Part shown: piece by piece, positions 29,194 through 46,444 of the stretch
How positions within the stretch are numbered: the stretch's first letter is position 1
Layout: the number at the start of each line of letters is the position of its first letter
NCBI GenBank assembly: GCA_012295275.1
Contig: CM022675.1
Location: 15,686,001 to 15,750,000 of the forward strand
From: Chrysomallon squamiferum
Taxonomy: Eukaryota > Animalia > Mollusca
Direction of reading: 5' to 3'
DNA: 64,000 bases
The notes under the pieces: model-generated
The model's input: only the letters and a program-made list of their open reading frames with translations
Database searches by the model: none
Told to the model about the DNA's origin: nothing
Made by a program: the position numbers and the translations under genes

Positions 29194-29340
29194 GATGATA
29201 ATGATAATGATAGTGATAATGATAATAATAATGATGATAATGATGGTGATAATAACAATTACCATGATGATAATGATGGTGATAATAACAATTACCATGA
29301 TGATGATTATTATAATAATAATGATCACGACGATGATAAT
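29146..29340 (+). repeat. (GAT/AAT)n microsatellite
   Basis: Directly visible. Confidence 0.92.
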
Positions 29341-30489
29341 TTTAAAAGGGACAATACACTCGGATTCCAAATATTTACAAAGTTTTATCCATGTCGTATA
29401 AATAAACAAAATATTAACAAAATTTTAATGCTGTTTATTTATCATTAAAACATTTTCGCAAATTTGCTGATGTCTTAAAACATTTGATGATTTAAAGCAT
29501 TTACAGTGTTACTGTTAATTTTACTGAACGTTTATTCAGTTTTACCGATCGTTTTAAAACATTTACACAATTTTTCAGAAAATTTTAAATATTTACGCAC
29601 GTCTACTGATAATGTAAAACATTTACATTCACTGAATATGTGGAACGTTTAACCAGTTTTTCTAAAATATTTGAACTATTTTATTAATAATTCAAAACAT
29701 TTAGAAACTGTAACTGATCGTTAAAACATCGTAACACACATAAATATATATATTTACTTTCAGTGTCACAATAACATTTTCAAGTTATTGTGACACTGAA
29801 ATGTGTTTTGTTTGAAGCCGATTTCTACAAAAACTGCGTAGGTTTGTAATATTGAAGTATCGACTGCGAAACAGATGTGTAAAAGAAGCTGATAAGATTA
29901 AAAACGAAGAGGATGTTTTCCTTACAGATTTATCTAAAACGTCCTCTTCGAGCACTTTGTGTAACACACACAGATATTAACAACCGTCAACAGCAACTCG
30001 CTCATACCACGACTGACTCTCTCTGCATCCATCACAACTAAAAAATGCTGGAATGATTTTACCTAATGCGTTTTGCTGTCTTGTTGCACTGCACAAGAAT
30101 TCAGCTATCAAAGAGAAGTCCACAAGGGTTATATTGATTTGCATGCAAATGGGGAAAAGAAGAGGGGAAATATTTAAAAGGAAAAGTAAAGATGAATAAA
30201 ACGACTCGAGAGGAATATCGGGGAGGATAACGCGGAAAGTGTCGGTTCTCGTTTCTTGCTGTGACGAGTGATTTAGATTTGTGCTTTGAGTGATGAGATG
30301 GGTTTGTGTTTTCAGCGAGAAAAGAACAATGCTCGTGCAAATGCGAGGGCGATTTTATTGTGTTTTTAAGTACCTGCTTTTCTCTGATAGAAGTAACAGA
30401 TGTCTGAAGTGTACACATGTGTTAAACACAGTTCAGATCTGTACACAGTGAGGAAGTATATACATACATACTTACACACATACATACAT

Positions 30490-30682
30490 ATAGTAGTAGT
30501 AGTAGTAATAGTAGTGACAGCAGTAGTAGTACTAGCAGTCGTAGTAAAAGGAGCAGCAGACGTAATGGTAGTAGTAGTAGCAGTACTAGTAGTAGTAGTA
30601 ATAGTAGTAGTAGTAGCAGCAGTACTAGTAGTAGTAGTACTAGTAACAGTATTATTAGTAGTAGTAGCAGCAGTACTAGTAA

Positions 30683-30726
<44 letters not shown>

Positions 30727-30975
30727 TTATTATTAGTAGCAGCAGTACTAGTAATAGTAGTAGTAATAGTAGTAGTAATAGTAGTAATAGTAGCAGTATT
30801 ATTATTAGTAGTAGCAGCAGTACTAGTAATAGTAGTAGTAATAGTAGTAGTAGTAGCAGTAGCAGTACTAGTAGTAGTAATAGTAGTAGCAGTATTAGTA
30901 GTAGTGGCAGTAGTAGTAGTAGTAGTAGTACTAGTAGTAGTACTAGTAGTAGTACTAGTAGCAGCAGCAGCATAG
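30490..30975 (+). repeat. (GTA/GCA)n imperfect microsatellite
   Basis: Directly visible; produces the poly-V and poly-L ORFs. Confidence 0.95.
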
Positions 30976-31337
30976 TAGACGCTGTTGTGATAATAACAGT
31001 CGTAATAACATCAAAGATGGTGGTGGTAACTGAGGTATTAACAACTGTAATCTAATAATCTCATTTGTTCATCTCTAATACTAAACCTACTTGTTACGTC
31101 ATTATTTTCTTTCCTTCAAAACATCTCGCTATACTTTGTTATCTTCTTATCTTCGTTTCTTTCTATATTTTATTTTATTTTTTCTCTTTCTCTCGTCTTC
31201 TCTTTTAATCAGATCTTCATTCTGCTATGAAAAGTTTTGCTAATCTGCTGCCATCTGACTCGCTGTAGTCGCAAACTCGTCGGAAATGAAAGGGACGTGG
31301 CTCTGTGCAGGAATCAAACTCGTACAAAGACTCAGAA

Positions 31338-31572
31338 AGATGAACGCCGACTGAAAAGTCATTTGAAAATTAATTACGAGCCGCACTGCTAGAAATTAGA
31401 AACTTTCATACGATATGTGCACCGTCTAAACGTTACAAATGGAAAATGGGTTTTTCCTTATTTGTTTGTTTTTTCTGTTGTTTTGTTCTCTGTGTTTTTA
31501 TTCCTTTTTCTGTGTCGTCTGATTTAAACATATTACTGCTTTCTATTAATGTGCTGGCTTTACTACTGTTTT
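31338..31572 (+). repeat. Dispersed repeat B, copy 1 (direct copy at 57373-57605)
   Basis: AGATGAACGCCGA(C/T)...TTCTATTAATGT is near-identical between copies over about 230 bp. Confidence 0.93.
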
Positions 31573-32202
31573 GTATATGCTTTACATTTACGTATGCATA
31601 TGTGTGTGTTTGTATGTTTTTATGAATGTGTATATGTGCATATGCACCTTTATATATGTATAAACGTGCACAATTATATACATACATGCATATTCATATA
31701 CGTATATAAAGGTGCATATGCACATATACACATACATACAAATATAGGCATACAAACATACATACACAACTATATAGAAACCAAAATATATATTATGTAC
31801 ACATGTATGTATGTGTATACATGTTACTCATGTGTGTACGTGTTTGTGTGTGAATGTAGGTGTGTATTTTTTATTTACAAACAGATGGTAGTATTATATA
31901 TGTACGTGTGTGTCGTAGGTTTTGTTGAATTAACATTAATGGCGTTTCTCTGTTTCCAGTCGATACTTCAAACCTACGCAGAGACTTTGTCAGTTTTTTT
32001 AAAAGTCTCGTGATCAGCTAGAAAACCAAACACATTTACTTTCACTGTCACAATAACTCATAATTTACCATATGTACGTAAATAAATAAATAATATAGAT
32101 ATCAAATAAATAAATAAACAAACAAACAAACAAAAAAACAAATAAATAAATAAATAAATACAGACCTGTACTATTCAATGCAACTTAAATTTGTTTTTGT
32201 TT

Positions 32203-32237
<35 letters not shown>

Positions 32238-32611
32238 ATTGTTATTATTGTTATCATCGTCGTCATCATCATCATTACGATTATTATTATTATTATCATT
32301 ATTATTATTATTATTATTGTTGTTGTTGTTGTTGTTGTTGTTGTATTTATCATTAGCGCCTCATCTTAAGTTAATGAAAATTAACAAATATCCGAAGTTG
32401 AATATTCCTGGGGGGTGTAGCTGTGGTGTGGGGTGTGTGTTTAATTTCAGATTCAGACGTGTATAGAAAGAAGAAAGAAGCAGACAGAGATAATCTAAAA
32501 AACTGTCGTTGTACGCGACGTCGTACACAGTTCTCAAAGCTGAATCAGATTCATTTCACTGACATTTTCTCCTTTTAGGTCAGCCATATTGATTTCGTGT
32601 TTCGTGTTTTT

Positions 32612-32648
<37 letters not shown>

Positions 32649-32702
32649 CTTTTCTCTACGATCGATATTACTAAATACTTGAAAATTGAAAATACATTTT
32701 AA

Positions 32703-32744
<42 letters not shown>

Positions 32745-32745
32745 G

Positions 32746-32788
<43 letters not shown>

Positions 32789-33293
32789 CATTATGATTAT
32801 TTTTATTTCACTATTTTATTTGTTGTTATTGTTGTTGTTGTTGCTGCTGTTGTTGCTGCTGTTGTTGGTGTTGTCGTTGTCGTCATCATCATCATCATCG
32901 TTATTTTTTATTTCACTATTTTATTATAGTTAGTATTATTGTTGGTGTTGTTGGTGGTGGTGGTGTTGCTTCTGCTGCTGTCGTTGTCATTGTTGTTGTT
33001 GTTATGATATTATGTTTAGTAAAATGTTTTAACAAATACGTTTGAGAGAATGGTAAAATTAAATCAACGTTGAATGTGATGTGTTTTAGTCAAGTCACGT
33101 GACACACGTTGTAGCGAGAGGAATCAGCTTAATCAACATGGCTGAAACAATTCGTCATGCTTCTTAACGTTCACAACACGACTGGGAACCGCCCACAAAC
33201 ACACACACCCAAAAAAAAAAATAATAAAGAAAACACAAAAAAAAAAAAAAAAAAAAAGAACAGCAGAACATTTCAAGGATAATCAACCTACAA

Positions 33294-33297
33294 ACAC

Positions 33298-33330
<33 letters not shown>

Positions 33331-33877
33331 TTCACACACACACACATACACACATACACACATACACATACACACACATACACACATATGCACACACACA
33401 TACACACACATTCAGACACACACACATACACACATATATACATAGATACACATATACACACAACATTCATACAGAACACACACACACACACACATATATA
33501 CATAGATACACATACACACACAACATATACACAACATACAGAAAACACACACACACACACATATATACATAGATACACATACACACAACATACACACAAC
33601 ATACAGAAAACACACACACACACACATATATACATAGATACACATACACACAACATACACACAACATACAGAAAACACACACACATATATACATAGATAC
33701 ACATACACACAACATACAGAAAACACACATACACATATATACATAGATACACATACACACAACATACAGAAAACACACACACACATATATACATAGATAC
33801 ACATACACAACATACAGAAAACACACACAACATACAGCAAAACACAACACAGAAAAACATATATATATATATATATA
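33294..33877 (+). repeat. CA-derived compound minisatellite (ACACATATATACATAGATACACATACACACAACATACAGAAAACAC-type unit)
   Basis: TACATAGATACACATAC recurs about 7 times inside a (CA)-rich tract. Confidence 0.9.
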
Positions 33878-34486
33878 CAGAGACTCACATATACGTACGT
33901 GCGTGCATACATACCTACATTCATACATACATTCATAATATATGCATACATCATCATAATCATAATTATCACCATCATCAACGTCATTAGTTTATTAGTC
34001 TAGCAAATCGTGCAAGGTGAAAGATTGATTGAGCGCAGTTTTGTAGCTGAATGACAGAACAAATAAAAAAGAACGTCTGCTTGGGGCAACGATTTCTCGA
34101 TCTTTCCTCAAACTGTAATTTTCACCGCTTACACGATTCAGTGTCTAGACAATTTGTGCTCGACGTAGTTCCACGATTTTTATCCCCCTCTTTGACGTTG
34201 AAGAATGGTTTCGAAATCGTTCGCCGGAGTCGATTCACGGCTATTGAACCGACGTCGGCTCATTCTTGCAGTTGGATGTTTCACATTTCAGTCGATATTC
34301 AATTTAGGCTGAGCATAATACACGAAAAGATTGTTCTTTAATATCTGCTTCACGAGTCGCTTTATTGCAGCATTCGGCTGATACCAAACTGACACAGACA
34401 GAAAGGCGTGGTGGGAATACCAGTAAAACCTCAACATTACGTGTTAAACAGAAAGAAATCATAGGTTAAAACAAAGATATAAATCT

Positions 34487-35157
<671 letters not shown>

Positions 35158-36700
35158 TCTTCATCAGTCTCTTTATTTCACATGGAATAAAAAATAAATA
35201 AAAACACTAACAAGTTCGTTTTGAACGTCTCTGAACAAAAGCAATATCTGAGTAGTATGACCCAATACAGATCATCTTCACTCGACCCCAGCGGCGACGT
35301 TGTCGTGTTTGATTCTTCAACATCATCTTAACAACAGCATTCAAGAATTCGCTTTTACTTCAAACGTCTTTTTTTCCTTTATTTACCTCTACGTTTAAAG
35401 CCTGAGGACTCGAACGTTCTAGGATCGCGTATCTGTGCCTGCTAGTGTCATAGTCAGACAGAAGTGAATAAACTGTAATTTCTAAATAACACATCACTAA
35501 ACTCGTGTTAGTACTTTAGAGTGTTAGTGATAAAGTAAAGATGGGTTTATATTCAGGCTTGTGAGAGGTTTGCCAAACAAAGGTGTGTGTGTGTGTTATA
35601 TTACATGATATAATATAGTGTAATATAATATAATATAAAATAATATAATACAGTATAATATAGTAATATATCGTTATATTATAGTATATTATGATATATT
35701 TCTTTTTATTATATTATATTATATTATATATATTTTTTTTATACTATATTATATGTTATATCATGTTATACTGTATTACGTTGCATTGTATTATATTTCA
35801 TTACATTACATTGTATCGTATTTTATTATATTACATTGCAATAATATTACATTATGTTACATTGCAATATTACATTCCATTGTATTACATTATGTTTTAT
35901 TATATTATATTACAGTTTTCATATTGTTTTGTATTGCATTGTCTTGTCATGTATTATATTATTTTCTTCTGTATTATTATTCTATAATGCAGAGTACTGT
36001 ATTAATATATACTGTATTGTATTATTTCACAGCACTTCGTATTTTCATTCCGTTTGCTGTGTTAAATTCATTAAAAGTCTTCAGAGAGATATTCAACACC
36101 AGGTTGCGTTTTCACGTTACGTTTCACTAAAGCCAGATCCAGGTTTCTATGACAACTGAATATTTCATCCCTGGATTTGTACTCGTCTTATCAACAGCAG
36201 TTTGTAAACCCGCTCGACACGTGGATTCAAGGTTAAGTGAAAAACTCGCATCATCAAAACCTCAGTTAATCAGCCATGGATTTGTGGAGATTGTGAAGTT
36301 TTTTCTCTGTGTGTTTTTAATAAATATGAACGTTTGCAATAAAAGAGTGATGAATATAATTGCCATGGTAACAAGAGCGATAAAAGGTATCTAATATTGT
36401 CTGAAATTGTCTACGAAACGCAGAAATATATATAAAAAAATATAAAAATAAATAAAAAATATAATAATAAAAAAAAAAAAAAAGAATGAAGGGAAAACAA
36501 AAATTAATGTTACTGTTATTGCTGCTGGTACATGTGTGGATGGATGTTATTAACCTAAAAAGTTCCATGTCAGACACAGAGATGCAGATAGACAGATAGA
36601 AAGATAAAAGAGAGAGAGAGAGACAGAAAAAAATGAGAACATGATGACAGAGACAGAGAGAGAGAGAAAGAAAGAAACATGAAGAAAGTTCAGAATAGGG

Positions 36701-36737
<37 letters not shown>

Positions 36738-36743
36738 GGGAGG

Positions 36744-36792
<49 letters not shown>

Positions 36793-37475
36793 AAAGAAAG
36801 ATAGAGGCTTTGAAATAAATTACAAACACAGACACGCTGACATGTAATATAAATAACAAATAGCAAACTAGTAAAATAAATGTATTAAACAATTTCAACT
36901 AACAAACAAACAAGTCAGTTTCTGTTTGACTGATTACGTCAGTTTACCGATGGGAAATTAACAATAAGCCAGGTTTAGTTTTCCCTGTCACCTCACAAAA
37001 CGAAAGCGAAGTCCGGAATCACCTCTCACCAATTCTCATCTGTCGAAATAATTGTCTCAATACTTTCATCTTTCGGATAGGAAAAAAAAAATAATTAAAA
37101 AATCGTTTTACAGTTTTCAACCAATTGTTTGCAAAACTGTTTTATTAAAAGCTTTTTAACCTCTTATATATGGCTTCCGTGACAGAAACTTGTTAATGCT
37201 ATTATATTTTTTTCAGAAGAAACGTCCAGTAGAATTTGCCTTTTCTAATTCTGTCCAAATAGATTTGAGTTCAGTGAGAGAAAAAGTTTGCAGTTCTCAG
37301 GAGTTTTGAATAAATTCGTCTTTGTAATTAACTTTAGTTTTTGTTTCAGTTGACATTCTGTGAAGTCCGGATGGAGAAGTAAAAACAACAAAAAAAACCT
37401 AATAATAATAATAATAACAACAACAACAATAATAATAATAATAATACAAATAACAATAATAACAATAATAATAAT

Positions 37476-37553
<78 letters not shown>

Positions 37554-38283
37554 AATAAATAAAAATAAAAAGAAAGAAAGAAAAAAGGAAAAACAAAAAC
37601 GCAAATCTTTTGATCAACCTTTTTTGAGTTTGTCAAACGGGGAATTAAACTGTTTCAGTTCTGATCTGTTCTGTTCCTTCATTTATTTATTTATTTATTT
37701 ATTTATTTATTAACTTATTATTTTGCTTCTTTTATTTAATTTTGTTTTATTTTATTTTGTTTTAATGATTATTGATACCTGTCCTCTTTTCATTTTATTT
37801 ATTTTAAATACATAATTCTACCTGATTACAAATACTACACAATATGGTGCCTTTAAGCTTTGCGGAATTTGCAGCCGTTGTTAAGATTTATGACGCTTTT
37901 ATGATGTAAATGTACACTGAACACAAACCTGGGCTATCTTCTGTTGCAGGAACAAACCTCGCGCAGAGATGTATTCGATTATTTCCCGATACAGACAAGA
38001 CTCGCGAACGACAGTATCTGTTTGACAGTTAACTCGTGTCGAGTCTGTGGTATTAACGTGTGTGATACGAGACGTATGTGAATGATTAGACGTTTATTAA
38101 CACTGTGTCATCGTTTGTCAGTCTCGGGTTACAAGCTGCCGTGAAATACACTGCAGTCGATTCAACAGTCGACTTTCTCTTCATAATGCATCGAAAGATG
38201 ACGTCAAGTCGTTGATGTGTTTTGGAAACGGACACACGATCCAGTGTGATTTCATTTAAAATCTCAGTAGCTGACTGTAGCAA

Positions 38284-38615
<332 letters not shown>

Positions 38616-39629
38616 TAATACTATTTATTAATCTCCATATAATTATGTTTATTTATTCAGTTGCTATGATATTAACGAATTAATGAACGGTTGGAACGGT
38701 ATATTACAAACTGAACGCACCGATAATGACTAATTTAGCTTTCTAGCACTGACGTTAATACATCGCGTTAACCATGTATGTTTTATTATGTTTCACGGTG
38801 AACGGTGCCTTTCCAAACTATTTCCCATTTGTCACTGTCATTTTGTCTGTCTATCTCTGTCTGTCTGTCTGCTTTTTTACTTGAAAGCCGTCTGCTAATG
38901 TAGCTATTAGCCTAAATTAAATAACTGTTGATCCGTACATAAAAAAACATAAGATTAAAAAAAGTTCCCATCTCGCTGCTACGACAGAAACAGTCAGCAG
39001 ACTATGAGTGAATCAGAACTGTCTCGCGTCGGCCATATTTGTCTTATTTACGAGAAAATTATTTGTTCGACTGGAACAACCTGATGTGCAAAACGAGACG
39101 TTTCCCTTTTATCAGGCAATGAATCCGCCACGCTCGTAAATAACCCGAGAGTTTCCAGTGGTTGAAACAGCGTCCACTCTCCAGCACAAACAACACCAAT
39201 AGGTTTACACGTCTGTAGTCCACTGACCGCCTTACGCAAAGATTCCTTTTCTTAGCAGACGAAATTTCGTTCGACGCCAAACTTGCTTTGAATCGTGGGG
39301 ATGTCGTTTTATCTTTCTGTTTTGTCAACAGTCAGCCCGTTCTTTATGGTTTCCTTTTGTTCACGTTGAAAATGATCAGACGCCGTTTTTTTTTCATAGT
39401 AATTATATCATGTCTAAGTTAACCCAGAAGAACTTTGTATGATGAAAGCAAGATGGCGAATATTGACGAAAGAAGACGAAAGATGATGAGAATTGCCGAA
39501 CGTTTATCATAACATGTAAACAAAGCTACATTTTTTTTTTTCTGGAGTTTTGTTTGTTTTTGTGTGTTTGTTTTAAATTATACTTCAATACAAAAAAATG
39601 TACTGTTTAATATTATTTGGGACAGAATG

Positions 39630-39710
<81 letters not shown>

Positions 39711-40088
39711 CAGAAAAAAAGAGGAAGGAACTATGATATCAATAAGACTTGAAAATAATCTTCCTTTTTTTAAATCAATATATACTATTATCCGATTTTC
39801 CGTTTGAGAAGTTTACATTAAGATGAAACCGATTTTCGTTCGGAGAGCAAACTGAGAAGTGTTTTTAGCGAATACTCATCTTACTAAAGGGAGAGATTTA
39901 TAAAAGCCTTAAAGAATTTTGAAACACGTAATTAACACGTGAATTTTCTTCAAGTCGTGTTTGCTTTTATTGTCAACACTTGTAGTGTCGTAACATGAGT
40001 AAAATAAACTGGTCACTTTGTTGTGAAAGCTCTGAAACGTGCGTGTGTCAATCAATAGATATTATGGTATTATTACAATTCTGTTTTG

Positions 40089-40119
<31 letters not shown>

Positions 40120-40256
40120 TTCGCTCCGGAAATTAGAGCAGGAGAGAGAATGATATGAAATAGATATATCTACATCACTGGCTGTGAAAATAACATTTTT
40201 TTTTTTAATTAAAAAAAAAAAAAAAAAATGCTGGTTTAACATAACTCAGTGGGAAA

Positions 40257-40303
<47 letters not shown>

Positions 40304-40622
40304 ACAAATAAATAAATAAACAAATAAATAAATAAACAAAAAAGTGTATATATAAATATTTAAATAAATAAACAAATAAATAAATAAAACAAAAAGTGTA
40401 TATATAAATATAAACATAATAAATTAATTAATTAATAAAATAAAATAAAAGTAAAATAAAGAAGTAAAATAAAGAAGTAAAATAAATAAAATAAAATAAA
40501 ATAAATAAAATGAAATAAAATAACATAAATAAACAAACAAACAAACAAAACAAAAGCGGTAATTTTTCAAGCAGTATCTGAAATTTTAATGACACAAATT
40601 TTAATTTTGAGAAAGGAATCTT

Positions 40623-40771
40623 CTACTGCTACTTCAACAACAACAACAACTACTACTACTACTACTATTACTATAACTACTACTACTACTACTACCTCTA
40701 CAACAACAACAACTACTACTACTACTACTATTACTATAACTACTACTACTACTACTATTACTATAACTACA

Positions 40772-40809
<38 letters not shown>

Positions 40810-40840
40810 AACAACAACTACAACTACATCTACAACAACA

Positions 40841-40875
<35 letters not shown>

Positions 40876-40980
40876 AACAACTACTACTACTACTACTAAA
40901 ACTACTACTACAACTACTACAACATCAACAACAACTACTACTACTACTAACACTGCTACTATTGCTGCTACTGCTGCTGC
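40623..40980 (+). repeat. (CTA/CAA)n microsatellite
   Basis: Directly visible; produces the poly-Thr ORF 40589-41041. Confidence 0.95.
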
Positions 40981-41658
40981 AATTTCTGCTACAGATCGAT
41001 CATCACTAATCCGGCATCTACGGGATCAGCTGGATGTGTGATTAATGATTTGACCAGATAACAGAGTGATTAGGTTTGAATACACTTAATTCAACACCTC
41101 ACAAACTCGTCCTATCTTTGAAATACAACTAAATACTGCTACAGAGGTTTTTGCGTTTTCTTTACAAATTCAGTGTTATTCTTTACTGACGGTGTTTCCA
41201 CTTCACATAACGAGAAACATGATTAGACTAAAAGATGATAAATAGTGAAGTACAAACTGATTGTGTTTTGTCTATGTTATCATTTGACGTAAACGGTTAT
41301 AAATAAAGTTAGCTAGAATCTGTTCAATTTTCTGATGGAAACCTATTAGTGATTGGCGGATTAATGTGTGTGATTGGCCTGAAATAATGTTAAATCCCGA
41401 AATTTCGTTCTTAGACTAAGAGTGCGTAAGGGGGAGATAACTCTTTGTCATCTGCACGCAATCCATGAACTATAAATATAATGGAAAAAAGGTAGTTTAA
41501 CAAGAGAAACGGTTTATTTCTGTCATTAATAGCAGTGTAAAAGTACACACAGCTTTTCTTGGGTTTAAATCTTTTCTTAGAGCTATAAGTTTTAGTTTTA
41601 TACCCTTTGAACTCAGTAGTAAAATTCTGTTCCAAAGGCTTTTATTTTTATTGTTATA

Positions 41659-42467
<809 letters not shown>

Positions 42468-43009
42468 ATTATCTCCTTTAACCACACATTTACACCAATA
42501 CAACATATTTATGTATATTAATAATTCACAAACATGCATACATACATAATTAAACACACATCCAAGACGTTTATGCGTATTCAAACATATATCCAGACAG
42601 CGAGACATCTACTCACAAAAACGTTAGTTAGAAATAAAACCAAAATATGCAGCAAAAATAATTTAAAAATCAACAAATCTCATCAAAAAATCTCATCAAA
42701 AGAACTTTTGTTTAACTGGAACCCATAACGCTGACCGCACTAAAATCAAATGACCCGACCAATAATCTTCCACTACTCATTCGTCCAACAGATCTACGAC
42801 TTATCCCATTTGCCGCGGTGAGCAGACTGTCAGAGGCCACTCTGCGTCGGTGAAATAATCGTTATCTAATTTGTGCAAACACGGGTAATTTCGACAAAGT
42901 CTCTCTCCATTTGCAGCGAGCTCGTCGTCCTGACACTTGAAGAGCGCTGCCAGCGAGTCCGCTCAAGTTCTCTTCGCATCAGAGTCGCGAGCCTCTCTGA
43001 CTGACCCGA

Positions 43010-43612
43010 GTCTGATATCAAACAGACAATAGTGTAGTCAGATGAGTAGTACAGACAGTAGTGTAGTCAGATGATTAGTACAGACAATAGTGTAGTCAGA
43101 TGATTAATACAGACAATAGTGTAGTCAGATGAATAGTACAGACAATAGTGTAGTCAGATGAGTAGTACAGACAATAGTGTAGTCAGATGAATAGTACAGA
43201 CAATAGTGTAGTCAGATGATTCGTACAGACAATAGTGTAGTCAGATTAGTACAGACAATTGTGTAGTCAGATGATTAGTACAGACAATAGTGTAGTCAGA
43301 TGATTAATACAGTCAATAGTGTAGTCAGATGATTAATACAGACAATAATGTAGTCAGATGATTAATACAGACAATAGTGTAGTGTCATGTAAGATGACTA
43401 ATGCAAAGACAATAATATTGTCTGATATCAGATGATTAATACAGAAAATAATAAAGCCTGATATCAGATGATTAATACAGAAAATAATAAAGCCTGAACC
43501 AGATGATTAATACAGACAACAATATTGTCTGATATCAGATGATTAATACAGACAATAATATTGTCTGATTTCAGATGTTAAGAATAGAAATATAGTTTGA
43601 TATCAGATATTA
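43010..43612 (+). repeat. Two-part minisatellite: 29-bp unit ACAGACAATAGTGTAGTCAGATGATTAGT (about 12 copies), then a related 36-bp unit (about 5 copies)
   Basis: ACAGAC at 43022 and 43051 (period 29); AGATG at 43430, 43466, 43501 and 43537 (period 35-36). Confidence 0.94.
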
Positions 43613-44234
43613 CTACTGACCAGAATAAAAACATACAATCATAAACTTGTTTGCGAAATAGCTAAATAGACATAATGATAGTGTTTGTACCTCTGTGTTT
43701 GCGTGTGTGTGTGTGTGTATGGGAGGTCTATATTTGTGGGTATCAGCTTGTGTTTGTGAATGAAGATAAAGTGTGTATAAAAAATTTAAATTATGTGTAT
43801 GTGTGTCCGTCTATGTGTGTGACGTCATGCATTATTGGATGTGACAGGTATGTGAAAACTGCAGAATCAGAAAACATTACTTACATAACAGTTGTGACAG
43901 GAACCTTGACATGGTTAACAGATACTCAACGTGCATAACAGTTATTTCATAAACTACGTGTACAGTTGTTTTGTCATTCACTATCAAAAGATTTACCTGC
44001 TTAATCACCTGTGATGTAATCTGACACACCTGTAACTATATGTGCAACAGCTCTTAGAAATGTTGTACAAACTGTGGTTAATTAACCAATCACGAGCAAT
44101 CTGATCAAACCTTTTTATTACGTCACGCCTCTTTTAACGCTGTAACAGAACCACTGATTCTTCACAGCATGTCACATATGCTGTCAGCCTAAAAGATTCC
44201 TTGCTGCTAATAGATAAATCTCTGTTTTGTAAAC

Positions 44235-44363
<129 letters not shown>

Positions 44364-45123
44364 TAGACACACACAATTTCTCTCTCTAACATAACAGTTA
44401 AATTTAACATAACACTTTTTTCTTTTTTTCTGTTTATTTTAACCTGTCGCCTCACAATTTATGTCGTGTCGCTTGCATTCCGCCATCTTTGGACTCAGTA
44501 ATTGTACCGATAATTAACTGCATGGACAGAATTCTACTTTCACTAATTGATTTTAGTTTGTTATCGAAAATACAGGAAATGTGCCACAAGTCTGGCTTTT
44601 TGAAGCTTGGCTTTAAGAGAGAGAAAAAAAAAACAAAAAAAAACCCTCACCAAAGAACAATAAGAAACCTTGGGAAGAAGAAAATAGACTGTCTTAAAAT
44701 GGCAGGCCAGCAGTTTAATAGGAATGATGCCATAGCTCAAATGTGATTACAGATGTGAAATTTCGCCATCAACGCCGTCGGGTATCATTGAGCGGTAAAT
44801 ACGCAGTCGCTGATTCGATAAAAGTAAAACAAGCCTATTTATATAGACAAACACATCCAATCTAAAGCCTAAAGCAATGCACTGTAATTAATTTATTTAT
44901 TCAGTGAGAAGGGATGAAGGGCAGTTTCATCACGACGCTAAGTAGCAAGGAAAGGCTCTGGGAGGAGGAGGTTCAGAAACTAGTTTGCTGACAAGCATAC
45001 GCGGTTATCTTCTCATTAATGATTGCATTAGCATGCCATGATGAAAATAAAACTGATAATATTCAAGTTCTTAAGGTATCAAGTCGGACAGACAAAGACA
45101 GAGAGAGACAGACACAGAGAGTG

Positions 45124-45192
<69 letters not shown>

Positions 45193-45358
45193 CACAGAAC
45201 AACACCAACAAAATAATAACTTTTAAATAAACAATTCATTCTGTTAAAACTTTAATAGAATGAACTGTTTATTTAAAAGTTTCTTTTATCTTCAGTGTTT
45301 GTTCAGTCCTTAAAGATTCGGTGGATATTATTATTTGTTTTTTTGGTGTTATTTTGTG

Positions 45359-45455
<97 letters not shown>

Positions 45456-46006
45456 ATATATTTATAATTAAAAATAATAATACTAATAAATAAAATGGTA
45501 CAGGACAGAGAGAAATCTAACTTAGCGTCGTGTATTTCATTGTGTGGACTCTCACTCAGCTCTGGGGAGACATCTTACAGCAGATAACAAAGTACTCAGA
45601 AACCAATAACTTCAGTCATTAGACTCTTACTTGCTTTTAACAAGTGAGAGAAAATGAGCGAATTACCAGCAACAATTCCTCTGAGAGTTGTAACCGTTCT
45701 TTCCTGTATGTCGTTGAACCGTTCTTTGTTTTTGTTGTTATGTTCATCACAACCATTGAAACCACGATCAGTATAATTATAATTATAATCATCATCATTA
45801 GTGTTGTTGTTTTTGTTGTTACTGTTGCTGTTGAATAAATGAGAGAGGCAGACAGAGAGATAGATGGAGAGATGAATAAATAAATAAATAAATAAATAAA
45901 ATACCCATTAATAGTAGTAGTAGTAGTAGCAATAGTAGTGGAAGTAGTAGTAGTAGTAATAGTACAAGTAGTAGTAGTTTTATAATTGTTATGGTTATTG
46001 TTATTG

Positions 46007-46037
<31 letters not shown>

Positions 46038-46444
46038 TTAATTAATTAATTAATTTAAGAGTTTTGTATAAAAATAACTGAATTTTCTGACAGACGAAAA
46101 TAATGAATGATTAGCTGAGAAAAATCTTTATTGATGTTCTTCACGAACCGTCAAACTTGTTCACCTCCAATTACTGAAATAGCTTCTGACAAGGTCACTC
46201 GCCTGAGAGAAATGTTTCTTGTAAAATCTAAAAATTTAACAAAAGTCAAAACAGTTTGTTACCACAGACAATTAGTCTCTTTCTCACAAAATGAATATTT
46301 TGATCCTGTTGTCGATAGATACGTTTCTAGAACAATATTGTTGAAATATTTGTTACAAGTTTTGCTATTCATGTGTAGATGTGTTTGTTTGTGTCTACGG
46401 GTGTCTGTGTTTGTTCATGTATGTTTGTATATTCGTCTGTTTAT

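Noticed and set aside
36731-36748. G-quadruplex motif GGGAGGGGGGAGGGAGGG
   Set aside because: It is a local variant within a (GA)n tract with no independent sign of function.
40589-41041. Mucin-like poly-Thr ORF
   Set aside because: It is a (CTA/CAA)n microsatellite of the same class found throughout the window in both orientations, with no signal peptide or supporting exon structure.
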